Positions 10,025-19,991 of a stretch of DNA of 64,000 bases are shown piece by piece (position 1 is the first letter of the stretch; each line of letters begins with the position of its first letter). A program made the position numbers and the translations under genes. The notes beneath the pieces are model-generated. The model saw only the letters and a program-made list of their open reading frames with translations. It did not search any database and was not told the DNA's origin. The stretch is from a virus (Duplodnaviria; Caudoviricetes), in IMG/VR virus record IMGVR_UViG_3300025267_000006, positions 32,001-96,000 of that record, one strand, 5' to 3'.

Positions 10025-11119
10025 ATGGGCAGAAACGTCAACGCTCCATGGGCAGATGCTCGACTCACATTCATTAAAAATGAAATTGAGAGAAATCCCC
10101 GTATTTCCCTGAACACATTAGGAGAAATGTGTGGGATATCAAGAGAACGTATACGTCAACTTCTCAAGAAAGCTGGCATTAAAAAGACCCATGCACGTAC
10201 CCTTCCTTACGGCTACTGCGCTGAAGGTCATCAGATACTAGAAATTCGATTGAAACTTACAGGTAACAATCGTAGTTCCAATCGATGTTTCACCTGCAAA
10301 CCATTGAAACCTCATCAATGGGTTGATAAAGATACAGGGCACATAAAAAGCAAGAAAAATGTATTAGAAGTTACCTGTTATGTGTGCGGTAAAACAGAAA
10401 CTTATGAAGATGAAAAAGCTATTCAGCGTAAACGGTACGATTCTTATCGCAAACATCCAGACATGAAATTCTGTAGCAAAGAATGTCTAGGAAGTGTTAC
10501 AGGAAAGGTATGGGGTTGGGGCAATAGAACCGCTCCAGGAAAAAAAGACCCAACGTCAAAAAGCGAAATTATCTCCGGTCCTTGCGATTCATGTGGAAAA
10601 CCTACATCACAATCAAGGGCGAAAAAACAATATATGAACGATCCTTCCATAGGCCCGTCATATAAAAATAAGCACATGTTCTGCTCTAGAACCTGTATGG
10701 CAATTTTTAGGCGTAAAGAAGCAATTAAAGTATTGGAAAATTATATAGAAACCAACACTACCCCGGTGATTAAGAGACAACCTAATGGAAATTGGGCTGG
10801 GAACTTACGAATACGTTCAATTCCCCTCTATCAAAAAGATAAGTCAGGGGGAAGAACCATCTCTTTTGTTGGTAAAACTCGTATGGAAGTCCATGAGAAG
10901 TTGATGGCAAGGATGCGTAAAGACCTTAAATACAGAATCAAAGAATTAAAAACCTCTGCCGAGAAAGAAACCAAAGCAACCAAAGAGAAGGAGGATAAAA
11001 AAATACATGAGCAAAGTCCTGATTGGGTTAATAGTGGGTATGTCGAGCTTAACAGTCTTGGTGTTCTTTCTTCTCTATATGGATATATCAACAAACGGTT
11101 ACCGATCAGACGGAGGTAG
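10025..11119 (+). CDS. HTH (sigma70 region-4-like) plus multiple Zn-ribbon protein
   Basis: LGEMCGISRERIRQL; CYVC..FCSKEC, CDSC..FCSRTC. Confidence 0.7.
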   Translation: MGRNVNAPWADARLTFIKNEIERNPRISLNTLGEMCGISRERIRQLLKKAGIKKTHARTLPYGYCAEGHQILEIRLKLTGNNRSSNRCFTCKPLKPHQWVDKDTGHIKSKKNVLEVTCYVCGKTETYEDEKAIQRKRYDSYRKHPDMKFCSKECLGSVTGKVWGWGNRTAPGKKDPTSKSEIISGPCDSCGKPTSQSRAKKQYMNDPSIGPSYKNKHMFCSRTCMAIFRRKEAIKVLENYIETNTTPVIKRQPNGNWAGNLRIRSIPLYQKDKSGGRTISFVGKTRMEVHEKLMARMRKDLKYRIKELKTSAEKETKATKEKEDKKIHEQSPDWVNSGYVELNSLGVLSSLYGYINKRLPIRRR

Positions 11120-11328
11120 AACATTGAATCTGTCTATCTCCCTTGGAGAAAAACAAATTGAGGATGGAGATGTGGTAACCGCTAAAGATGAGAACAATGA
11201 TGGTAACCCCATACAGTTAGTTGCTGTATGTGAGGGCGAAAACACGAAACTTATTTCATGTACTTGGATTCCATTGGACGAGTCCAAACGTACACCAGAA
11301 GAAAAGGCACTAGCAGAAAGGGCTAACC

Positions 11329-11950
11329 ATGAGTAATGAATATGTATCATGCGATACCTGTGAGAAAGGTCATTCTTTTGAGGTTGTCATAACGTCTGAG
11401 GACAAGGAAGAAATTAAAGGTTTAATAAATTATGTGTACAGCATAGCCCCATGCATGAATGCAGGACCAGATAATGTTCGTGGGGGCATCACATTCGGAA
11501 AAATCAAAGAACGATGTAATCATGGATACGCTGAAGACTGCACACTATGCGTGGGTATCACTCACTTTAGCCGTGGATGCACTCTGGAGGTTTGTTACTG
11601 CCTACGTACACAAAAAGAACAAACATTAGCGGCTAGTGTTTGGAAACAAAATCCCTTATGGACATAAAGAGCAGAATGATGTCCGCACCTTACATGTGTC
11701 CAAAATGCGCTCGACCTTTCTATGATCCAACACGACGCTGCTGTGATGTTGAAGTTGTAAAAGCGTAATGATTACTCAAACAATTCCAGGTACATGGTCT
11801 GTTCATGAACCAGATCAGCCCCCAGTAGAGGGTATAGCTGTATGGAAATATAAATGGGGATGGAAGTGTGAGAGGTGTGGCCCCAGTCCAGCTACAACCA
11901 CCAAACCAGAATGTGAACACATAACAAAGGTAAAACAATTAGGTGCTTGA
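11329..11950 (+). CDS. small Cys-rich hypothetical proteins (11329-11667, 11768-11950)
   Basis: coupled ORFs with CxxC/CxH motifs. Confidence 0.5.
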
Positions 11951-11975
11951 CAGATGTATATTATTGTGATAATAT
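11943..11975 (+). promoter_or_regulatory. promoter GTGC-TTGACA-N17-TAATAT
   Basis: family match. Confidence 0.7.
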
Positions 11976-12028
11976 TAATTATGTGGAACTAGGTCAAGGA
12001 AGAAAAGGCGAAGGAGAAGAAAAGGCTA

Positions 12029-13480
12029 ATGAAGAATAGATTTGAAGTAAGCACCGAGGGAATGAGGGACTTGCATGCTGGGAGACCTCTATGGTCTCTA
12101 GTCAAAGAACTCGTAGCCAACTCCTGGGACGAGGACGTTACTCTCTGTACGGTAACCCTGAGAAAAACCAGTACCCCGGATCACGATGAAGCCATAGAGA
12201 TCATGGTCGAAGACGATGGGGCTGGCTTCAGAGATATCGATGATGCGTTCACCATCATGGCTCCCACCATCAAACGACTCAATGCAGTCGTTCGTGGGCG
12301 TTTTAACATTGGAGAGAAAGAAATTCTTTCGGTAGCGGAAGAAGGTACGGTTGAGACTGTCGGAACCACCATCCACTTTCCCAAAGAAGGTGGCAGAGAA
12401 GTCACTCCCAACAATCGAACAAAGGGAACAATAGTCTCAGCTACCATTGAACGCCCCTGGTCTGAGTATGACGAGACTATTGAAGCTCTACGTACATTCC
12501 TACCACCGAACAACATTACGTACACCGTGAATGGCATAAAGGCGGAGTCCAGAGTATCTATAGGAACTACCGCTGGATCGCTTCAGACGGTGCTTGCCTC
12601 TGGAATAGGGCAACCTATCAGGTATACCACCAGAAAGACCCCTATAGACATCTACGAGCCTCTAAACGGCACTGGTCATATCTATGAGATGGGCATCACC
12701 ATTCAGCCGATTGACATGCCCTACGATGTAGATATCCAGCAAAAAGTCCCTATGCCCCCGAACAGAGACACGGTCACGAATGCATATCTCCAAGATGTCT
12801 ATGCAGAGGTATTGGCTGTTGTGGCAAAAGACCTTGAGAAATCAGAAGCGTCAGAAGCCTGGGTTCAGATGGGAGTAGAGGATCAACGCACCCCGGACGA
12901 TACAGTCGAATTGGTAATGAATGCCAAGATCGGACCCAATGCGGTCTTACATTCGACTGACACGTTTGCTAATGAGAAAGCACATGATGCCGGAAAAGAC
13001 ATCATTCACCCACGCACCCTATCCAAGAAGGAAAGGCAACGATTCCAGGATGTGGGGCTGGTTTCATCCATAGTAAATTATGGATTGAAAGAGAAGGGTG
13101 GTGGCTTGGAAGAAGTTCCAGAACCCCGAAGAACTGATGACATGGAAGCAGTAGCCCAATATGCCGAATGGATGGGTAGAAAACTTCTGGGGTTTGATAT
13201 CACCGTTAGATTCGTTCAAATGAAAGCAGTGGCTGACAATCGTATTGCTCAGTACGGTGCTCGAACACTAGATTTCGTATCGAATCGTTTAGGAAATAAA
13301 TGGTTTGAAATGGATAATGGAATTCCAACCCAAGAACAAACTTCTTTGATACTCCATGAATTGGCTCATGAGGGCCATAGCAAGACTCCCCATACTGGTC
13401 AATACAATCACAATCTGGCTGACTTGGGGGCCAAAGCTACACACATGGCTATTACTGGAGAATGGTGGGCTAAGGGCTAA
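12029..13480 (+). CDS. GHKL (Hsp90/MORC-like) ATPase fused to a C-terminal HExxH zincin-like domain
   Basis: ELVANSWD (N box), EDDGAG (G1), GRFNIGEK (G2); C-terminal LILHELAH...H. Confidence 0.8.
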   Translation: MKNRFEVSTEGMRDLHAGRPLWSLVKELVANSWDEDVTLCTVTLRKTSTPDHDEAIEIMVEDDGAGFRDIDDAFTIMAPTIKRLNAVVRGRFNIGEKEILSVAEEGTVETVGTTIHFPKEGGREVTPNNRTKGTIVSATIERPWSEYDETIEALRTFLPPNNITYTVNGIKAESRVSIGTTAGSLQTVLASGIGQPIRYTTRKTPIDIYEPLNGTGHIYEMGITIQPIDMPYDVDIQQKVPMPPNRDTVTNAYLQDVYAEVLAVVAKDLEKSEASEAWVQMGVEDQRTPDDTVELVMNAKIGPNAVLHSTDTFANEKAHDAGKDIIHPRTLSKKERQRFQDVGLVSSIVNYGLKEKGGGLEEVPEPRRTDDMEAVAQYAEWMGRKLLGFDITVRFVQMKAVADNRIAQYGARTLDFVSNRLGNKWFEMDNGIPTQEQTSLILHELAHEGHSKTPHTGQYNHNLADLGAKATHMAITGEWWAKG

Positions 13481-13483
13481 CCA

Positions 13484-14176
13484 ATGATTAAAGAATTCAA
13501 CCTAAAGTTTCGCATCGAACTACAGTGGCCCTTCACGTTTAAAAAGACTGATGAAGAGGATCAGCCCCACATCCCCGGGGTGTCGGAGATACAAGTATCT
13601 TCAACACATCATGGAGTGTCCACCACCCAACAAATAAAAATTGACCCTGATGGAGTTAGACTTACTAAACAAAGTGGCTATACCAAGCCCGACAAACGAT
13701 ACAGGGGATATTGGGAGAACAAAGAAGCAACTGAATCAGGCAATCGTCCTGTTAGCAAGAGACCCCACGAGCACAGGGTCTACCGAAAAGGTACTAATTA
13801 CTACAAGACCATAGAGCTAACCCATGAAGGGCTAACTGAGGCACAAATAGCCCAGAAATTAAATATATCCCGTTCACGAGTTAGCCAATTATGGTCCGAC
13901 TACACAAAAATCTCATCAACACCCAAAACTCGGAGGCCATCTTCGCTACCGAAAAGTACCTCTCAACCAAAACAAAAACGATACACTAAAACTCGTTACG
14001 ATAAAAAGTTCAGGATTGAGGCGGTTTCACAAGCCTTAGATACCTCTAGGACGGAGGTATGTAAGCTCTATAACTTGCCCGAATCCACTCTGCGACATTG
14101 GATTGCGGGAACCCGTAGTCGTATCTACGAATCGAGTGAGCCATCACGTCGTTCTCAACCTCCCGGAACAGAATAA
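13484..14176 (+). CDS. double-HTH DNA-binding protein
   Basis: IAQKLNISRSRVSQL and VCKLYNLPESTLRHW. Confidence 0.65.
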   Translation: MIKEFNLKFRIELQWPFTFKKTDEEDQPHIPGVSEIQVSSTHHGVSTTQQIKIDPDGVRLTKQSGYTKPDKRYRGYWENKEATESGNRPVSKRPHEHRVYRKGTNYYKTIELTHEGLTEAQIAQKLNISRSRVSQLWSDYTKISSTPKTRRPSSLPKSTSQPKQKRYTKTRYDKKFRIEAVSQALDTSRTEVCKLYNLPESTLRHWIAGTRSRIYESSEPSRRSQPPGTE

Positions 14177-14349
14177 AGAATAGGCTTATGAAACTAATAG
14201 GTAAATACAAAATAGGTAAGCTGCGACTCAGATGGCACTTTGATTTCCAGGCTAGTACCAGTAGACGAGACATCCTTATGAACAGTGAATGTGGATGTGG
14301 AAGATGCAATAGAAAAAATGAAGAACCTAGACACAGCAATACACATGCA

Positions 14350-14382
14350 GTGCTTGACACATTTAGAATAATAGTAAATAAT
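14350..14382 (+). promoter_or_regulatory. promoter GTGC-TTGACA-N17-AATAAT
   Basis: family match. Confidence 0.7.
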
Positions 14383-14416
14383 GTAAATAAGAAAAGGTTA
14401 GAGAGGTATAAAAACA

Positions 14417-14985
14417 ATGTTCGCAGCTATATTTTGGATAGGTATAGTAGTCTTCCTGATAGGAAGATGGATAAAAAGCAACTACGACGAAAGTCCCGGT
14501 AGTAAGAACTGGTTATATGGTATAGACGGTAAAGTCTCTGGAATCGAAGAGGAGATGTCGGCTATGCAGTATATGCATAACCTCTCAAGTGACTCTAAAG
14601 ATCGCATCGAACGTGTGGAGCGAGACTTAGAGAGGATGAACGCAATCATCAACATGTACAAAGAATGGGCAAACATTCACAAAGAGGAGCATAAGAATTT
14701 CGAATGGACAAAAGCAATAAGATAATTCAATTGAACCTCCCAAGTATTCCGGGGGACACACATGAAAATCAAATAAAAGAGGTTGTTGATTACATTATCG
14801 ACAATGCTCCACCAGAAGCACTAGTTAACTTCTCAAAACAATTTCTAGCAGAAACATTTAGGCAGGATCCAGATAAATTTCAAGAACACTACAAAGTATA
14901 TCGTGAATATATAGATAGTAATAAACAAGGCTATGGGCAGTTAATAGATTTTGCTATGAATAAAGGAGCCGATAAATGTCCGTAA
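14417..14985 (+). CDS. two hypothetical proteins (14417-14725 with N-terminal TM plus coiled coil; 14704-14985)
   Basis: GAGG RBS, overlapping genes. Confidence 0.55.
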
Positions 14986-15177
14986 GAGTAAGAACTAAAC
15001 AGGTAAGGGATGCGGTAAAAGATTTAACTTACGTCGTTGGGTACATAGAAGAGTGGAAAGGGGAGGAACATATAAGACCTATTGGTACACACCAACAGAG
15101 GTATCAACTTATAGAGCTATTAACGAAGTTTGCATTGGACAAACTTGAAGGTGAATTAATCAGGCAAGGAGAAAATA

Positions 15178-15660
15178 ATGCAGCAATCAGTGAAGACGAT
15201 GAACAGCGTGTCGGACAAACTCAAAGTATCGATAATAACTCGGAAGAAGACCCACCCCAAGAAAACTCTTGAATCCATAGGGGAAGAAACTGGAGTTAGT
15301 CGAGAGTATGTTCGCCAGGTTTTACAAGAAGCGGGGGTAGAGTCAGGTAAGGTACAGCCTTCATGCCATGAATGCGGTACATTTCTCTATCCCAGTAAGG
15401 TTAGACCTTACGTTGATTTAAAAACTGGTCATAGATACTGCCGAACATGCAGGTACGGCATGGTATGGGGAACCTACTCATGCAAGAACTGTAAGAAAGA
15501 CGTTATCAGGCGGAAGAGAGATATCCTCCGGGCCAATCCTAAATACGTCTTCTGCGATAAAACTTGCCAGGGTCAGTACATAGGAAAGAATTACGGTAAA
15601 GGGTCTACTAGAAAAGCCTATAGAACTGCTCTGAAAGACCACAAAGATAATAAGAATTGA
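15178..15660 (+). CDS. HTH plus Zn-ribbon protein
   Basis: IGEETGVSREYVRQV; CHEC, CRTC, CKNC, FCDKTC. Confidence 0.65.
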   Translation: MQQSVKTMNSVSDKLKVSIITRKKTHPKKTLESIGEETGVSREYVRQVLQEAGVESGKVQPSCHECGTFLYPSKVRPYVDLKTGHRYCRTCRYGMVWGTYSCKNCKKDVIRRKRDILRANPKYVFCDKTCQGQYIGKNYGKGSTRKAYRTALKDHKDNKN

Positions 15661-16397
15661 CTACTAGAGAATATCCCAAAGGTCCGACTGCGGATGATTT
15701 CACATCGGATCATTCTGATGTCAAGTTGGTAAAAGAACTAGAAGACAGTCTCATCAACAGTGAAGATATGGAATTCGGGCCAATGGTGGATCATCCATTG
15801 GTTCGCCATATGGTCTACACCCCAGCCCAAAACCTATATCTAAATAAATTGTTCAAAAGTAAACAGGAAAAACTCAAAGAACTCATACAGAATAAGAAAT
15901 GGGATGGAGTTGTATGGCTTCATGAACGATCTTGGAGAGCGTGGGCCTTTGCTCAATTTGCTCCATATATGAAACCAGTTGAATACTGGAAGAACCTGTC
16001 TGGTATCTGGATAGATACAGAATTTCCCCATGTACACAAAGACATGTGGTTAGATTTGTTCAGTGCCAACGTCAAACAAAAACGTAAATTGATGTCTTCT
16101 AAAGAAAGACAGGTGATTCAAGACTTACCCAAAAAGGCAACTATCTATAGAGGCTACGACGACGATATTAAAAATAACTTGATGGGTATTAGCTGGACTC
16201 TCTCAGAAGAAAAAGCAGACTGGTTTGCTACTAGGTTCAAAATTGAGACGGCCCCAAGAGTAGCAGAGGGTCAATGCGAAAAATCCTCTATCCTGGCCTA
16301 TTTCGATGATCGTGGAGAGCAAGAGATTGTCATCAATCCAATAGACATAAACATCACAGACAACAGACCAGCACGAGGAGTGCTTGACACGAATTAA
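15657..16397 (+). CDS. ADP-ribosyltransferase-like protein (R-S-E pattern)
   Basis: TIYRG...GISWTLS...WFA...GEQEIV. Confidence 0.55.
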   Translation: MTTREYPKGPTADDFTSDHSDVKLVKELEDSLINSEDMEFGPMVDHPLVRHMVYTPAQNLYLNKLFKSKQEKLKELIQNKKWDGVVWLHERSWRAWAFAQFAPYMKPVEYWKNLSGIWIDTEFPHVHKDMWLDLFSANVKQKRKLMSSKERQVIQDLPKKATIYRGYDDDIKNNLMGISWTLSEEKADWFATRFKIETAPRVAEGQCEKSSILAYFDDRGEQEIVINPIDINITDNRPARGVLDTN

Positions 16398-16412
16398 GAA
16401 TTCCTATATGAT
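16380..16412 (+). promoter_or_regulatory. promoter GTGC-TTGACA-N17-TATGAT
   Basis: family match. Confidence 0.8.
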
Positions 16413-16441
16413 AAAAATATCAAAGAGAAAGGGAAGCCCTC

Positions 16442-16789
16442 ATGGTCGATACGTTGGATGCAATCGAAGAGGAGTTGCTCGTAGACCAGATCTATGAACA
16501 ACTAGGCTGCAAGGAGCCTCAAACTAAAGAAATAATAAAACAGTTCCTGTCAGATATTCAGCTATTCGATAAGAAGCAGAGAGACTACGGCCCTCATAAC
16601 ATCAACAAATTCGGCACTTTGGGAGTCCTTATCCGTTCCAGTGACAAGATAGAGAGGTTGATAAACCTCCAAGGAAAGTCCACTTCTATTCCTAGCAACA
16701 CCGATGAGAGTGTGATTGATAGTTGGGCCGACCTGTCAGTCTATGGAGCTATAGCCAGAACAATAGATGAAGGAAAATGGGATGTCTAG
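16442..16789 (+). CDS. DUF1599-like (nucleotide-modification-associated, all-alpha NTP pyrophosphatase-like) protein
   Basis: KKQRDYG..N...R..DK..RL.NL...ES..D...DL..Y signature. Confidence 0.7.
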   Translation: MVDTLDAIEEELLVDQIYEQLGCKEPQTKEIIKQFLSDIQLFDKKQRDYGPHNINKFGTLGVLIRSSDKIERLINLQGKSTSIPSNTDESVIDSWADLSVYGAIARTIDEGKWDV

Positions 16790-18737
16790 AAAAGAAAAAT
16801 TCCTTGCCAAGAACGCAAGACGTATAAAAGAGATGGAACGTCAGACTCTGGCATTGGAAAAAAGAGCATTACAGAATCAAGGGCTGAAATCCGAAGGTGA
16901 TGTCAACGAGAGCAGTCTAGAGGAACTAGGAATAACAGACGTAGAGCAAGGCTCCCTAGAAATTTCCCCTGGCAATAAGATAGTTAAATATATAAATAAA
17001 GAAGGCGTGTCTGAAACTTTAGACATAGAACAAGTTAACGTGATGCATCCCGATTCCGATGAGTGGAAAGCATATGTAGCTGCAGGGGGAAACCCAGATA
17101 TTCCAAAAGGCCAAGTGCCAATACAAATAGTTACTAAGGACACTAATCTCAGACACACCATAAACCCGTCAGATTTCGGTTTCACTGCTAAAGATATAGA
17201 AGCTCTTGAGAAGGCTGGAGCACAGCTTGAGGCTGCTCAGAACAACAACGTAAAGACTAGGGATATCCCACACAATGAAATGCACGATAAAATGCTGCCT
17301 ATCATTATAAATGATATCCATCCAGACTCACGGAAAGTTATGTCTGCTGAGGAAGCTCTAACCCATTTAGATGTACAAGAAACAGACTCTTTTAGGGATT
17401 CCCCAGAAGTGCAATCTACACTTATGAGCGAGAAACTATTCAATCAGGCAAAAGATAGAATCAAACACGCTGCCTCTATCGATCCGAATGAAGAAATCTT
17501 AATAAAATATGGATCGTCCAAATATTCCAGTCTGGCAGAATATTCCGGTCTGACAGCATCTGATATCTCGCCAGGTATAGACAACAAAGAATTAAACTTT
17601 GTATACGACCTGATTGCAGATACAACTACTCGAAGAATACGATTTGATCAGCTTAATTACCCAGTGTGGGAAGGACATGACACCCATCCCACACGAAATG
17701 AGGGGTTCATAACCAAACCTCCATTTCCTAACATGTACATCCAATTCGACGGTTTCGTAAACTTGCCCCCTATGGCAAGTGAGCATTTCTTACTTGGATC
17801 AGAGTTGTATAGACCTGATATGTTCCACGAGTTAATTGAACAGAGACAAAAATTAGATGGAGTACCTATAACCAGAGAAATTTCTATATCCATTGGGGCA
17901 ATGGCCTTCAGAGATGAGATACAGCATCTTCTGATAAGTAAGAATTCCAATGGAACTGCACGAACCGTTCTTCCTCAAGAGGGAAAGACATGGAAGATAA
18001 CACCCCCTCAAGGGACAACTCCCAATTACGATGGGTACTCCTCAGGAACAAACGATTCAATCATGTTGGGATACCTGCAATGGTTTGGACTTCTAATGGA
18101 TTCAAACCATCAAGGACTGGCAAAGATTAATCAAGGGGCATACTTCGATATAAATACAGGAGCTATCTGGCTCCCCCTCACTAAAATCACTGGGGGACAA
18201 TCTGAAGAAGTGATCCACGCCTCAAACGTATTTCAAGTAGAAAAAAACAGGATGTCTACCCATCTAATTCCTGCCGGGAGTGGAATAGAGTCCTCTGTCC
18301 TGTCTGAAGGTTGGGGTTCTGATAGAAAGCTGAACATTCTTGAAGATACCACAATGAGGGTTGGAGACATATTCATGTTCATGATGAACTACATGACCTC
18401 CCCTCGCATGCAGACAGAGGAAGTTCAAGTCAACCGGGGCGAACGTCGCAGGGCACAGAAGCAGGGATTACCACCCCCACCCCCCTGGACTACTATCTCG
18501 TACAAGCCCCCGTCCAGCATAAAACGAAATTCAGTGGCTACTGGAACTGGCTCCAAGCACAGCTACATGTACGACGTGCGAGGTCACTGGAAGAATCAAC
18601 CGCATGGTCCAGGAAGGGAACAGCGAAAACTTATCTGGGTTCATCCCCACTATAGTGGGCTAGCCAACGAAAAATACGTACCTAGACATAGACTAGTGCA
18701 GGAAAAAGCTGAGTATGAAGACATTAAAATTTCTTGA
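16767..18737 (+). CDS. large hypothetical protein with C-terminal VRGHW...IW..P motif
   Basis: YDVRGHWKNQPHGPGREQRKLIWVHPHY motif seen in uncharacterised phage proteins. Confidence 0.65.
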   Translation: MKENGMSRKEKFLAKNARRIKEMERQTLALEKRALQNQGLKSEGDVNESSLEELGITDVEQGSLEISPGNKIVKYINKEGVSETLDIEQVNVMHPDSDEWKAYVAAGGNPDIPKGQVPIQIVTKDTNLRHTINPSDFGFTAKDIEALEKAGAQLEAAQNNNVKTRDIPHNEMHDKMLPIIINDIHPDSRKVMSAEEALTHLDVQETDSFRDSPEVQSTLMSEKLFNQAKDRIKHAASIDPNEEILIKYGSSKYSSLAEYSGLTASDISPGIDNKELNFVYDLIADTTTRRIRFDQLNYPVWEGHDTHPTRNEGFITKPPFPNMYIQFDGFVNLPPMASEHFLLGSELYRPDMFHELIEQRQKLDGVPITREISISIGAMAFRDEIQHLLISKNSNGTARTVLPQEGKTWKITPPQGTTPNYDGYSSGTNDSIMLGYLQWFGLLMDSNHQGLAKINQGAYFDINTGAIWLPLTKITGGQSEEVIHASNVFQVEKNRMSTHLIPAGSGIESSVLSEGWGSDRKLNILEDTTMRVGDIFMFMMNYMTSPRMQTEEVQVNRGERRRAQKQGLPPPPPWTTISYKPPSSIKRNSVATGTGSKHSYMYDVRGHWKNQPHGPGREQRKLIWVHPHYSGLANEKYVPRHRLVQEKAEYEDIKIS

Positions 18738-19991
18738 AAAAATTGACCTTGTATCTCCAGTAAAGATACGGATAGGAGTAGAAATGAACCCCGAAGACAA
18801 AATCACATTTAGACCTAGAAACACGGGGATCCCTCACCCGATTGACTGTCCTGCGGACCAACATCAAGTCGCTGGTATAGAAGCTCCCCCTGAGCCTGAC
18901 GTTCGTAAAGAACTACCCTCCAAGGAAGACCAGGGTATGTTCGAAGAACTCTTAGTGCAGCAAAGGGATGCGTTGAAAAGAACCGTAGAAGATCTAGGGG
19001 CGGTCATAACCGTATACAAAGCAAGAATAACCGAACATGAAGAGATGATCCAAGAAGCTAAGCGAAAATTGGAACACATTGATGGACTTATTGAATAGCG
19101 GACACAAAATAGAAACCACAGAAATCAGGGTATGCAACCCCTGCTGGAATGATCGAAACGGAGATCTAAATTTCCACAAATGTGGAGCTAATCCGAATTC
19201 ATGCAGGTTGGAGTATCTATGTTCAGATTTTGTTGTGAAATGCCACTGCCCATGTGGAGATGAAAAATGAGAATTTTAACTTCCCTAGGAGCGGCAGTAC
19301 TAATAGCTGGAGCAGCATCATTACTAATTGTTCAACCCACCTATGCTGATGTGGGAGGCGATTCCATTGTTACAGGCACCCACAAAGTCTGGCTGAACAG
19401 CCAGGGTATGTTCAAACTAAAACGTTTTGGTGAGTTCTGCATGCCTGGGACATTAATCAAAGCTCCTATACCACTAGGTTCACAGGTAGTGGGGCTTGAA
19501 ACTAAAGAATGCCCGGGGATCCCCCACAGATTCAGAAAAGTAGTATACGAAGATTACTTTGGATGGATGTGGGACTATGCCCTAGAAGTAATTGACCCGC
19601 TTGAAGGTCACCTGCCCTCAACGAACCAGGAAATTCCCATAATAATCAAAGATGAAGACGACTTTGAACTAGGAAGCACCCTTCCCGACATCGACCCAGA
19701 TGAACCCCCAGAACCAGAAAATGATTTGGGAGGTACTCTTCCTGCAATGGGTGGCACTCTTCCTAGTATTCAGGAATAAAAATATCCAATAAGGAGCAAA
19801 CAATGAAATTAGGGAAAGACGATGAGTCCTACGGTCTTTACAAGGAATACATTCGGATGCTGCTGGAGGACTCAGGAGACATGTCTGAGTTACCCCAGAT
19901 AAAACAACTCGCAACTAAGTTGACTCTAGCGAATAAAATGAGTGATCTGGAACGAGCTTTTATTCACTCTAGAAAATGTAATTGTAGATGA
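18715..19991 (+). CDS. hypothetical genes (18715-19098, 19079-19270, 19267-19779 with signal peptide, 19803-19991)
   Basis: coupled ORFs; 19267 begins with a Sec-pathway signal peptide ending in TYA-D. Confidence 0.55.

Noticed and set aside
14188-14502. 104-aa ORF
   Set aside because: Spans the 14350 promoter and overlaps the better-supported 14417 gene; doubtful
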